Below, piece by piece: positions 29,512 to 38,111 of a DNA stretch of 64,000 nucleotides. Made by a program: the position numbers and the translations under genes. Under the pieces are notes generated by a model that did not search any database, was not told the origin of the DNA, and saw nothing but the letters and a program-made list of their open reading frames with translations. Every line of letters starts with the position of its first letter. Within the stretch, counting starts at the first letter, position 1. Source of the DNA: Variovorax sp. (lineage in GTDB: Bacteria > Pseudomonadota > Gammaproteobacteria > Burkholderiales > Burkholderiaceae_C); assembly GCA_017744285.1 (NCBI GenBank), contig JAGIBP010000017.1, forward strand, positions 5,634-69,633. The letters run 5' to 3'.

Positions 29512-30462
29512 CTAGCGGACGTCGCGGCGCGCCAGCAGCACGTTGCCGCCGGTCGTGTTGAACGAGATGGTCGGTGCGCTGAAATCGCTCAGCGGCGCGC
29601 CCAGGCCGATCTCGCCGCTGCCATGCAGGACGCATTCGTCGCGCCGCAAGGCGATCTCGCCGCTCGCGCCGGCGGTGCCATGGAACCGCACCCAGGTGCC
29701 GTAGGTGCTGACGTCCACCAGGATGCAACTGCCGTGGCGCGATTCGATGCGTGCGTGCAGGCGCGAGACGCGCGGGTCGTTGACGACGAACTGCGCCTCG
29801 TCGACCCGGCCGAGATGGATCGGCAGTTCCTCGGCCCGGAACATCGAGCGAACATCGAGCCAGGCAAGCTCGATCTGCCCGAAGGACGAATCCTGCCCGC
29901 GCGCCGCCGAGGGGACCAGCGACGCCGGCATCGTGAGGAATTCGGAGACCTCGTCCTGCCAGTCGATCCGGTGGATGACCGGCATCTCGTTCTTGCCGCG
30001 GATGTTGATGGGGCCGAGGCTGCGGTGGCGGACTTCGCCTTCATGCAGTTGTTCGACCACCGATTCGGTGGCCCAGATCTGCCCCGGGCCGGCCAGATCG
30101 CTCAGGCGCGAAGCCAGGTTCACCGCATCGCCGTAGCAGTCGCCATCGACTTCGACGACTTCACCGCTCGCCACCCCGATCTGCAGTTCCATGCGCAGCG
30201 GCGTGGGCCAGGTCTGCAGGCGCTTCTGATGGTTGCGCTGCAGCTCCAGCACGGCGCGCGTGGCGGTGCTGCCATTGGCGAAAATAGCGAACACGCCATC
30301 GCCCAGGGACTTGACCACCCGGCCGCCATGCGCCTCGCACACGCCGCCGATCCATTGGGTCAGCCGCGTCACGGTTTCGGTCGCGCGCGCATTCCCCATG
30401 GCCTCGAAGACCCGGGTGCTCCCTGTCAAGTCAGCGAATACGACAGTCGAATTGACGCCCAT
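29512..30462 (-). CDS. Class III nucleotide cyclase with C-terminal FHA domain
   Basis: FADLTGST, VKSLGDG, YGDAVNLASRL; FHA LGR...VSRLHA...STYGT. Confidence 0.9.
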   Translation of the reverse strand: MGVNSTVVFADLTGSTRVFEAMGNARATETVTRLTQWIGGVCEAHGGRVVKSLGDGVFAIFANGSTATRAVLELQRNHQKRLQTWPTPLRMELQIGVASGEVVEVDGDCYGDAVNLASRLSDLAGPGQIWATESVVEQLHEGEVRHRSLGPINIRGKNEMPVIHRIDWQDEVSEFLTMPASLVPSAARGQDSSFGQIELAWLDVRSMFRAEELPIHLGRVDEAQFVVNDPRVSRLHARIESRHGSCILVDVSTYGTWVRFHGTAGASGEIALRRDECVLHGSGEIGLGAPLSDFSAPTISFNTTGGNVLLARRDVR

Positions 30463-30755
30463 GTTGTGCAGTTTTTGGTAGCCCTCTCCTATCGGATTAT
30501 GGCAAAGCAACATGAGAACCCGGGCTTTACCCTCGACCGGCGCCGCCAGGGTGTTGCTTTTTCAAACAGTTGCAGTTGAAACTAAGGTTCAGTTTCTGCA
30601 AGTAACACTTAGGTATCAGTTCTTAGACTGAAACTTGAACTGAAGCGTGAAGTATGTTGTTTTTAAACATGAAATCATCCCGGCGGACTTGTGCCGGTTG
30701 GGTCCGGCGCTTAACGTTCATCCTGTCAAAGGTTCCGGGCACCCCCCTCCTCTCC

Positions 30756-31088
30756 ATGTTCTCCATCAGCAGGTTCTTCCGCTTTCTGTCTCTGCCTGGC
30801 TTCGGCTCGCGCCGCTCCGCAGAGCGCAAGATGGGTCAGATCCGCACGGCCATGCTGTCGTTGCTGCAGGTCCATGGCGGACATTCGGTGCAGCGCGTGG
30901 CGCAGCGCGTGCGTTTTGCGGGCGATCTCGAGGCGCTGTGGTACCTGCGCCAGGACGTGTTGACGGCGCTGAGCGCGGTGGATGGCGAAGTCGCCGCCCG
31001 GCGGCAGATGCGGCAGATCAATCGCCTGTTCAAAGGGGGTCTGCCGAACACGATGGGCCCCCGGACCCACCACCGCATCACCACCTGA
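30756..31088 (+). CDS. Hypothetical protein (110 aa)
   Basis: ORF ending before a terminator; LWYLR...GE..AR motif; start uncertain. Confidence 0.7.
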   Translation: MFSISRFFRFLSLPGFGSRRSAERKMGQIRTAMLSLLQVHGGHSVQRVAQRVRFAGDLEALWYLRQDVLTALSAVDGEVAARRQMRQINRLFKGGLPNTMGPRTHHRITT

Positions 31089-31093
31089 CAGAC

Positions 31094-31128
31094 AAGAAAA
31101 AAGAGGCCGCAACGGCCTCTTTTCTTTT
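31094..31128. terminator. Bidirectional intrinsic terminator
   Basis: AAAAGAGGCCG-CAA-CGGCCTCTTTT with A/T tails between convergent genes. Confidence 0.9.
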
Positions 31129-31143
31129 GGGGCGCCGGCCAGG

Positions 31144-32073
31144 TCAATGCGCGTGCCGATGGCCCCACACCATGAACACGTCGCGGCCATCGGCTGCGAG
31201 TTCCACCTTGGCGCCGACCGGCAACAGGACCTTTGTCGGCACGTGGCCGAACGGCAGCCCGGTCAGCACGGGCGCCTTGATCAGCTCGCGCAGGCGCGCG
31301 GCCACGGTCCGCATGCCGAAGCCGCGGTCGTGCGGCACCTTGCGGATGCCCGTGAAGTGCCCCAGGATGACCGCCTTCTGGCGCGCCAGGACGCCCGCGT
31401 GGCGAAGCTGGTCGAGCATGCGCTCGACGCGATAGGGATGCTCGTTGACGTCTTCGAGGAACAGCACGCCCTTGTCGATCGACGGGAAGTACGGCGTCCC
31501 GAGCAGGCTGGCCAGCACGCACAGGTTGCCGCCCCAGAGCACCGCGCCATGGACATTGCGCATCGGTTGCAGGCCGTCGGTGTCGCGCGCGGGCATGCGC
31601 CAGCCGGTGCCCTCCCCCTGCCCGCTCAGCAGGTCGTCGAAGCAGGCTTCCATGATGTCGTCGGGGCCGTCCTCGGCCCCGAAGTCCTCGCCGACAGCCG
31701 GTCCGGCCCAGGTCACGGCGCCGGTCTTGGCCAGCAGCGCGCACTGGAAGGCCGTGAAGTCGCTGAGTCCGACGAATTCGGTACCGTGATGGATCGCCTT
31801 GGCCACTGCCTTGTAGGGGATGGCGTCGAGGATGCGCGTGAGGCCGTAGCCGCCGCGCGAGATGAGGGCGATGTCGGCGCCGCTGGCCGCGGCACGCGAG
31901 ATGGCCGCGAGACGGGTCGCATCGTCGCCGGCGAATCGCTGGTGGGTGGAGAGCGCCGCTTCGTCGACTTCGACGTCATGGCCCAGGGCCTTCAGGCGCT
32001 TGACGCCGCGCTTGAAGGCGGCCTTGTCGCGCACGGCGCTGGACGGCGAATAGATGTAGATGTGCTTTTTCAC
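31144..32073 (-). CDS. ldcA: LD-carboxypeptidase (peptidase S66)
   Basis: RGGYG, GLSDFT, GGNL, LEDVNE, FGH; GTG start overlaps upstream stop. Confidence 0.92.
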   Translation of the reverse strand: MKKHIYIYSPSSAVRDKAAFKRGVKRLKALGHDVEVDEAALSTHQRFAGDDATRLAAISRAAASGADIALISRGGYGLTRILDAIPYKAVAKAIHHGTEFVGLSDFTAFQCALLAKTGAVTWAGPAVGEDFGAEDGPDDIMEACFDDLLSGQGEGTGWRMPARDTDGLQPMRNVHGAVLWGGNLCVLASLLGTPYFPSIDKGVLFLEDVNEHPYRVERMLDQLRHAGVLARQKAVILGHFTGIRKVPHDRGFGMRTVAARLRELIKAPVLTGLPFGHVPTKVLLPVGAKVELAADGRDVFMVWGHRHAH

Positions 32074-33146
32074 GGGGCGAAGTATCCCATCGCGTCCTCG
32101 ACCAGTTGCGCGGACTGCGCGGGGCTGGGCCCGGAGGCGCGCTTGGCAATGCCGCCGAGCGCCCTCGGGCCGGCTTCGTAGCCGCGATCGGGAAACGGTG
32201 CGCGCCACGCATCGGCGACCTGTTCGTCGCCCTCGGGCGCCGTCACCGCATGCAGGAAGCGTTCTGGCGCGGCGGCCACCAGCAGCGCCGCCAGCGCCGC
32301 GGCCCGGGCGCTATGGACCAGCACCAGCGGGGCCGGCGCCAGCCGGTCGAGCCATTCGAGGAGCACGTCGCGATGCCACTCGAGGCGGTGAACCGCCTCG
32401 CGCTTGGGCTTGTCGCTGCGGCCGAAGCCGATGAGATCGGGCGCGAGGATCCTCGCGCCTCTCGAGGTGGCAAGGTGGCGGAACAGGTAGCTCCACTCGC
32501 CGGGCCCGTGCAGGCACAGCAGCACCGCCTTCGAATCGCTCGCGCCTTCGTCGAGGTAGTGCATGCGCCAGCCCTGCAGGCTGGGCAGATCGCTCACGTG
32601 GTGCGGCGTGAAGTCGTAGCCGGCGAGCGAGGCGAAGCGCTCCGCGGGTGTGCGCAGCGCGTTGTCGCGCAGCGGCTCGGCCGCTTCGCGCGCCGCCACG
32701 CGCCGATCGCGAAAGAAGTCCTGCAGGAGCGCCTGGCACTCGTGCGCCATCACCCCGCCCTCAACCGCCGTGTGATGGTTGAGCGGCGCCTGCCCGAACA
32801 GGTCGACCACCGAGCCGGCCGCGCCGGTCTTCGGGTCGGCGGCGGCGAACACCACGCGCTGGAGCCTCGCATGGAGCATGGCGCCCGCGCACATCGGGCA
32901 GGGTTCGAGCGTGACGAAGAGCTCGCAGCCATCCAGCCGGTAGTTGCCGAGTGCCGCGCCTGCCGCCCGCAGCGCGTTGATCTCCGCATGCGCGCTCGGA
33001 TCGTGCCGGGCCACCGGGGCGTTGCGCCCGCTCGCCACGAGCACGCCGTCCTTCACGAGCACCGCGCCCACCGGCACTTCGCCGTCCTCGCCGGCGCGGC
33101 GCGCCTCGGCGAGCGCGAGCGACATCCAGTGCGCGTCAGTGGTCAT
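32070..33146 (-). CDS. tadA: tRNA adenosine(34) deaminase TadA fused to a degenerate haloalkane-dehalogenase-like domain
   Basis: GEVPVGA, HAE, TLEPCPMC; then LRTP, MHYLDEG, CLHG, APDLIGFGRSDKP in the same frame. Confidence 0.9.
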   Translation of the reverse strand: MTTDAHWMSLALAEARRAGEDGEVPVGAVLVKDGVLVASGRNAPVARHDPSAHAEINALRAAGAALGNYRLDGCELFVTLEPCPMCAGAMLHARLQRVVFAAADPKTGAAGSVVDLFGQAPLNHHTAVEGGVMAHECQALLQDFFRDRRVAAREAAEPLRDNALRTPAERFASLAGYDFTPHHVSDLPSLQGWRMHYLDEGASDSKAVLLCLHGPGEWSYLFRHLATSRGARILAPDLIGFGRSDKPKREAVHRLEWHRDVLLEWLDRLAPAPLVLVHSARAAALAALLVAAAPERFLHAVTAPEGDEQVADAWRAPFPDRGYEAGPRALGGIAKRASGPSPAQSAQLVEDAMGYFAP

Positions 33147-33333
33147 CCGGCATGGGCCGCTGCTGTTGCGCGGCTTCGAGCGATTGCTTGATCTGCTGTT
33201 CGATCTGCCGGCTCTGCTCGCGCGCGTCGCCAGCCGGCGCGCTCGCCGCGGGGACGGCCGCGAGCTGTCTTTTTGCCAGCACGCCGACCACGGCCAGGGC
33301 AAGAAGCAATCCGATGATGCCGATGGCGCGCAT
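33136..33333 (-). CDS. Small hypothetical membrane-anchored protein
   Basis: GGAGG RBS; N-terminal hydrophobic helix, Gln-rich tail. Confidence 0.75.
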   Translation of the reverse strand: MRAIGIIGLLLALAVVGVLAKRQLAAVPAASAPAGDAREQSRQIEQQIKQSLEAAQQQRPMPDDH

Positions 33334-33451
33334 TCAACGGGCCTCCGTGCGCCGCCCTTCGGGCGCGTTCGAATGATCGGCGGCAGGGAGCGGGCGAGGT
33401 GCGTGCATGGGCGGGTCCGAGGAAGGATGCGCCCGATTGTCCCCGAGCGCC

Positions 33452-34147
33452 CTACCTCGCGCCTGCGGACCTGAGCTTTTCGACCATCGCGCTGTAGCCG
33501 CGCGCCTTGGCGAGCTGCAGCGGCGTGTTGCCTTGCCGGTCGGCCAGGCGCAGATCGGCGCCCGCGTCGACCAGGGCGGCGAGCGTGCGCTGATGCCGCG
33601 GTCCGCCGTCACCGAGCACGATGGATTCGATCAGCGCGGTCCAGTGGAGGTTGTTGACGTGGTCGAGCGGTGCGCCCGCGGCGATCAGGATGCGCACCAC
33701 CTCGTCATGGCCCAGATGCGCCGCGGCAATCAGTGCCGTGCCGTCGTAGCGGCTCGTGGTCTGGCCGGGCCTGGCGCCGAGCGAGAGCAGGAGCGACAAG
33801 GTCGGCGGGTCGTCCGCGACGGCCGCGATGGTCACGGCGTCGTAGCGGTCGTCGTCGAGCGTGTCGAGCTTCGCGCCGACGCGCGCCAGCGCGGCGATCG
33901 CACCGTGCTGGCGCGCATGCGTGGCGACCTGCAGCGGCGTGCGGCCGTGGCCGTCGCGCGCATCGAGGTCGGCACCGGCCGAGATCAGCGCGGCGAGACG
34001 CGCGCCGTCCCCGCGCCACGCCGCCTGGTGCAGGCCCTGGTAGGCCTGCGCCTCGCTCGCGGTCGGGGGCACCTGCGCGCACGCGCCACCCGCGGCCAGG
34101 CAGGACAGAACGGCAACGCACACGTGGCGGCGCAGGGCGGCACGCAT
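33452..34147 (-). CDS. Exported ankyrin repeat protein
   Basis: Signal peptide; GRTPLQVA, GTALIAAA, WTALIES, GNTPLQLA repeats. Confidence 0.9.
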   Translation of the reverse strand: MRAALRRHVCVAVLSCLAAGGACAQVPPTASEAQAYQGLHQAAWRGDGARLAALISAGADLDARDGHGRTPLQVATHARQHGAIAALARVGAKLDTLDDDRYDAVTIAAVADDPPTLSLLLSLGARPGQTTSRYDGTALIAAAHLGHDEVVRILIAAGAPLDHVNNLHWTALIESIVLGDGGPRHQRTLAALVDAGADLRLADRQGNTPLQLAKARGYSAMVEKLRSAGAR

Positions 34148-34152
34148 GGCAC

Positions 34153-34674
34153 TCAGCCCAGTTGCGCCTTGAGCTTCTCGAGCGCGGCGTTGGCGCACTG
34201 CTCGTCGAGATGGCCGCCCGGGGCGCCGCCGACGCCGACCGCGCCGATCACTTCGTTGCCCGACTTCACCGGCACGCCGCCGCCGAGCAGCAGGAAGCCG
34301 GGGATGTTCACCAGGTTCGCGGCCGCCGGGTTCTTCTGCGCGCCTTCCATCATGGCCAGCGTGGTGTTCTTGGCCGACGCCGAGGTCCAGGCCTTGCGCT
34401 CGCTGGCGGCGAGCGTGTGGGCGCCGGCGTTGTCCGCGCGCTGCACCGCGCGCACCGTGCCTGCACGGTCGACCACGGTCGCGGTCACGGCGTAGCCGTT
34501 GGCCGCGCAGGCCGCCACGCTCGCGGCGGCGATCTGGTTCGCGAGTTCGAGCGAGATGTTCTTCTCGGCGCGAACGGCAGCGGCCGGGCCCGGTGCCTGG
34601 CCTTGCGCCTGCGCGCCGAGCGCGGAAGCTGCGAGAAGAACGGCGAGGCCGCCGAGGCGAAGGGTCGATTGCAT
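34153..34674 (-). CDS. GlcG/HbpS family heme-binding protein, exported
   Basis: Signal peptide; VVDRAG, KAWTS, GGGVPV, GAVGVGGAPGGHLDE. Confidence 0.9.
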   Translation of the reverse strand: MQSTLRLGGLAVLLAASALGAQAQGQAPGPAAAVRAEKNISLELANQIAAASVAACAANGYAVTATVVDRAGTVRAVQRADNAGAHTLAASERKAWTSASAKNTTLAMMEGAQKNPAAANLVNIPGFLLLGGGVPVKSGNEVIGAVGVGGAPGGHLDEQCANAALEKLKAQLG

Positions 34675-34732
34675 GGAGTTCTCCAAAGGGTTGAGTTCGG
34701 TCGCGGCGGCGGCTTCGCCGACCACGGGGAGA

Positions 34733-34797
34733 ACTGTAGAAACAGGGACCCTCGAAAGCCATTCGTACGGCTACGCCCGCCGCTGCGTAGAACTACG
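34733..34797 (-). promoter_or_regulatory. Putative activator-dependent promoter of the hbpS-like gene
   Basis: -10 TACAGT (34738-34733); palindromes CGTACGGCTACG (34764-75) and CGTAGAACTACG (34786-97), 22 bp apart. Confidence 0.6.
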
Positions 34798-34818
34798 GAG
34801 CCGCGCTCGCCCGTCGAC

Positions 34819-35442
34819 TCAGGCCGAGCTGTCGACCAGCGCCGCGTAGCGCCGGATCAGCCGGGCGAGCGAATCGCATTCGAGCTTCGCGAAGAGACTG
34901 GCCCGATGCGATTCGACCGTGCGCGGCGACAGCGCGAGCGTGCGCGCAATCTCCTTGTTGGTGAGGCCCGCCGCGATGTGGCGGAGCACCTCGCGTTCGC
35001 GCTCGGACAATTGCGCGTAGCGGTCGCGCGCCGCCTGGTCGGCCTGGGCGCGTTCGCGCGAGTTGACGTGCTGGCGCACCGCGTGCTGGAGCGCCTCCAG
35101 CAGTTGCTCGTCGTCGACCGGCTTCTCGAGGAACTCCGCCGCCCCGGCCTTGAAGGCGCGGCGGCACATCTCCACCGTGCCGTGGCCGGTCAGCATGATC
35201 ACGGGCTGGTCGACGCCCTGCGCCATGAGGGTGTCGAGCACCGCGAGGCCGCTGATGCCCGGCATGCGCACGTCCAGCACGATGGCGCCGATGCCGCCGC
35301 GGTCGAACCCGGCGATGAATGCCTGCGGGTCCGCCCAGCCCTGGGTGCGCAGGCCGACGGTGCCGACCAGAAGCGCGAGGCTTTCGCGCACCGCCTCGTC
35401 GTCGTCGATCAGGTGGATCAGTGGCGAGAGTGGCGCGTTCAT
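34819..35442 (-). CDS. FixJ-family response regulator
   Basis: IDDDEAVR, DVRMP, TGHG, EKP, LuxR-type HTH. Confidence 0.93.
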   Translation of the reverse strand: MNAPLSPLIHLIDDDEAVRESLALLVGTVGLRTQGWADPQAFIAGFDRGGIGAIVLDVRMPGISGLAVLDTLMAQGVDQPVIMLTGHGTVEMCRRAFKAGAAEFLEKPVDDEQLLEALQHAVRQHVNSRERAQADQAARDRYAQLSEREREVLRHIAAGLTNKEIARTLALSPRTVESHRASLFAKLECDSLARLIRRYAALVDSSA

Positions 35443-36914
35443 GCCGGGCCTCCCAGGGGGGCGAGCGGCAGGCGCAGCGTGAACCGGGCGCCGCGAGGCG
35501 CTGCGTGCGCGGCGGCGAGCGTGCCGCCCATGCCGACCGCCAGCGTCTCGCACAGGCTCAGGCCGAGCCCGAGCCCGCCTTCGCGCGTGCTGAAGAAGGG
35601 CTCGAAGAGTCGCGGCAGATCGTCGGGTGCGATGCCCCGTCCGTTGTCCTCGATGAGGAGCACGCCGTGAGCGGCCTCCCGCTCGATCACGATGCGCAGC
35701 CGGCGCTCGCCCGCGGGCGTGTCGTCGAGCGCCTGCAGCGCATTCATCAGCAGGTTGTGGACGATCTGTTCGAGCGCGACCGGCTCGGCCAGCACGACCA
35801 CCGGCGAATGGGCGGCATCGCCAGTCGACGGCGCCACGTCGCGCTTGTCGAACTCCGGGGCCAGCAGATGCAGCGCATCGCGCACGGCTTCCTGCAGTGC
35901 GACCGGGCGCACCTGCGCTTGGCGATCGGGCCGCTCGATCACGCGCCGCAAGCGGCCCACGACCTCGGCGGCGCGCCACGCCTGGTCGGCCGCCTGCCTC
36001 ATCGCGGCCCGCGCGGTGTCGAGCTCCGGCGGATCGTCGTCGAGCAGCCGGCGCGCTGCCTGCGTGTTCGCCAGCACCGCGGTGAGCGGCTGGTTCAGCT
36101 CGTGCGCCATGCCGGCGGCCAGTTCGCCCAAGGCATTGAGGCGCGACACCTGGCCCAGCCGCAGCAGGTCTTCGGCGCGCCGGCGTGCGATGCGCTGGCG
36201 CTGCAGCATGAAGGCGCCGCCGAGCACCAGGCCGACGGCCAGGGCCCAGCCCGCCATCGCGCCCCACGGCAGCTCGAACCAGGACACCCGGCGCTCCGCG
36301 ACCAGCTCGAAGGCCTGGCTCTCCGAGGCCAGTACCTTGCGAAACGTGAAGCGCCATCCGTCGCCACTCGCGGACTGGCCCGGCTGCACCACGAACTGCT
36401 GCCCGTCTTTCTCGAGCACCACGCGGACCGGGCTGGTCTTCGGGTCCATCGGCCAGTCGCGCCAGGGAACGGTCGCGGCCAGGTCGATGTCGACCAGGTA
36501 GCTGGCGGGCACTGCGGCGATGAGAAGGCGATAGCGGCCCGCCGCGAAGTCGTCCGCGACGTACTCGGGACGATGCAGTTCGCGCGAACGCGCCTCGGCG
36601 TTCGCGAGCGACGGCGCCGGCCAGGCCTGGCCGCCCGCGTGGCGCTGCACGCCGAGGATCGAGGGATAGACCGAAGGCAGGCGCCGCTCCGGCTGGCCGC
36701 CGCCCGCAGCCGGCTCGAGCAGCGCGAGCGTGGCGAGGACGGCGTCGTACTGCACCACCTGCTGGCTCATCAGGCGGTGCGCGATGCGGCCGTTGACGTC
36801 GAAGTCCTCGTGCAACTGCTGGATCTGCGCGTACGCGATCCATGCCGCGCCGGCGCCGGTCAACAGCAGCCAGGCGAGCCACCAACCACCCTGGGTGCGC
36901 AACCATTGCCTCAT
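35439..36914 (-). CDS. Sensor histidine kinase (HELNQP type)
   Basis: Two TMs, MAHELNQPL, NLLMNA, DNGRG, PFFST, GLGLGL. Confidence 0.93.
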   Translation of the reverse strand: MRQWLRTQGGWWLAWLLLTGAGAAWIAYAQIQQLHEDFDVNGRIAHRLMSQQVVQYDAVLATLALLEPAAGGGQPERRLPSVYPSILGVQRHAGGQAWPAPSLANAEARSRELHRPEYVADDFAAGRYRLLIAAVPASYLVDIDLAATVPWRDWPMDPKTSPVRVVLEKDGQQFVVQPGQSASGDGWRFTFRKVLASESQAFELVAERRVSWFELPWGAMAGWALAVGLVLGGAFMLQRQRIARRRAEDLLRLGQVSRLNALGELAAGMAHELNQPLTAVLANTQAARRLLDDDPPELDTARAAMRQAADQAWRAAEVVGRLRRVIERPDRQAQVRPVALQEAVRDALHLLAPEFDKRDVAPSTGDAAHSPVVVLAEPVALEQIVHNLLMNALQALDDTPAGERRLRIVIEREAAHGVLLIEDNGRGIAPDDLPRLFEPFFSTREGGLGLGLSLCETLAVGMGGTLAAAHAAPRGARFTLRLPLAPLGGPA

Positions 36915-36979
36915 GGCGCGGATTGTGCCCGCGCCCTCGGCCAAAATCGGCTGGCACGGCGCGCCGTGCGTGTCGACCG

Positions 36980-38059
36980 ATGCAGAACTCCCTTTTCGAC
37001 GATGCGGACCATCCGGAAGAACCGGCGCCCGCGCCGAGCCCGCCCCCACCCGCTCGAAAGCGTGCGGCCGCGGCCACGCCCAAGGTGCAGCCCGCGCCCG
37101 CCGATCCAGCGCTGCAGGCCCTGGCGCGGGCGCTGCCGCCCGGGCTCCGGCTGGGCACCTCGTCTTGGTACTTCCCGGGCTGGAGCGGCATGGTCTGGGA
37201 GGGCGAGTACGAGCAGTCGGTGCTCTCCAAGCATGGCCTGGCCGCCTACGCACGGCATCCGCTGTTTCGCGCCGTGAGCATCGACCGCAGCTTCTACAAG
37301 CCGCTCACCGCCAGCCAGTTCGCGGCCTACGCGTCGCAGGTGCCCGAGGACTTCCGCTTCACCGTGAAGGCGCCGAGCCTGGTGGCCGATGCCATGGTGC
37401 GCGCCGAGGACGGCCGCGGCATGCAGGCCAATCCGGCCTTCCTCGATCCGGGCCTCGCCGCGGCGGAGTTCGTCCAGCCGGCTCTCGATGGCCTGGGCCC
37501 GAAGCTCGGCGCGCTGGTGTTCCAGCTCAGTCCCCTGCCCGGCCCCCTGCTGGCCCGCCTGCCGGAGGTGCTGGAGCGGCTGCGCGCCATGCTGCGCTCG
37601 CTGCCCGCGCCGCGGCCCGCCGCGCCGGACGGCGTGATCGCCGTGGAAGTGCGCAATCCCGAGTTCCTCACGCCCGCGTTCTGCGACGTGCTGCGCGATG
37701 CCGGTGCCACCTACTGCCTCGGATTGCATCCCAAGCTGCCGCCGATCGAAGACCAGTTGCCGCTGCTGCGTTCGCTGTGGCCCGGCCCGCTCGTGTGCCG
37801 GTGGAACCTGCACCGGCTGCATGGCGCCTACGGGTACGAGGACGCGAAGGCGCTCTACGAGCCCTTCGACAAGCGGATCGACCTCGATCCCGCCACCACG
37901 GCCACGCTGGCGCGCGTGATCGCCGGCACCACCGGCGCGGGGCAGAACGCCTTCGTCACCATCAGCAACAAGGCCGAAGGGTCGGCGCCGCTGACGGTGC
38001 AGGCGCTGGCCGAGGAAGTGCAGCGCCTGCGGGACGGTGCCCATGTCACGGTTCGTTGA
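36980..38059 (+). CDS. DUF72 family protein
   Basis: LRLGTSSW, IDRSFY, FRFTVKAP, VFQL, AVEVRN, ISNKAEG. Confidence 0.88.
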   Translation: MQNSLFDDADHPEEPAPAPSPPPPARKRAAAATPKVQPAPADPALQALARALPPGLRLGTSSWYFPGWSGMVWEGEYEQSVLSKHGLAAYARHPLFRAVSIDRSFYKPLTASQFAAYASQVPEDFRFTVKAPSLVADAMVRAEDGRGMQANPAFLDPGLAAAEFVQPALDGLGPKLGALVFQLSPLPGPLLARLPEVLERLRAMLRSLPAPRPAAPDGVIAVEVRNPEFLTPAFCDVLRDAGATYCLGLHPKLPPIEDQLPLLRSLWPGPLVCRWNLHRLHGAYGYEDAKALYEPFDKRIDLDPATTATLARVIAGTTGAGQNAFVTISNKAEGSAPLTVQALAEEVQRLRDGAHVTVR

Positions 38060-38100
38060 TTGCAAACGCAATGGACACCCATTGCATTTGCAACTATCAT
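38060..38100 (+). promoter_or_regulatory. TA promoter with overlapping inverted-repeat operator
   Basis: TTGCAAACGCAATGG-ACAC-CCATTGCATTTGCAA (one mismatch); -35 TGGACA, 17 nt, -10 TATCAT. Confidence 0.75.
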
Positions 38101-38111
38101 TGACATCGCCC

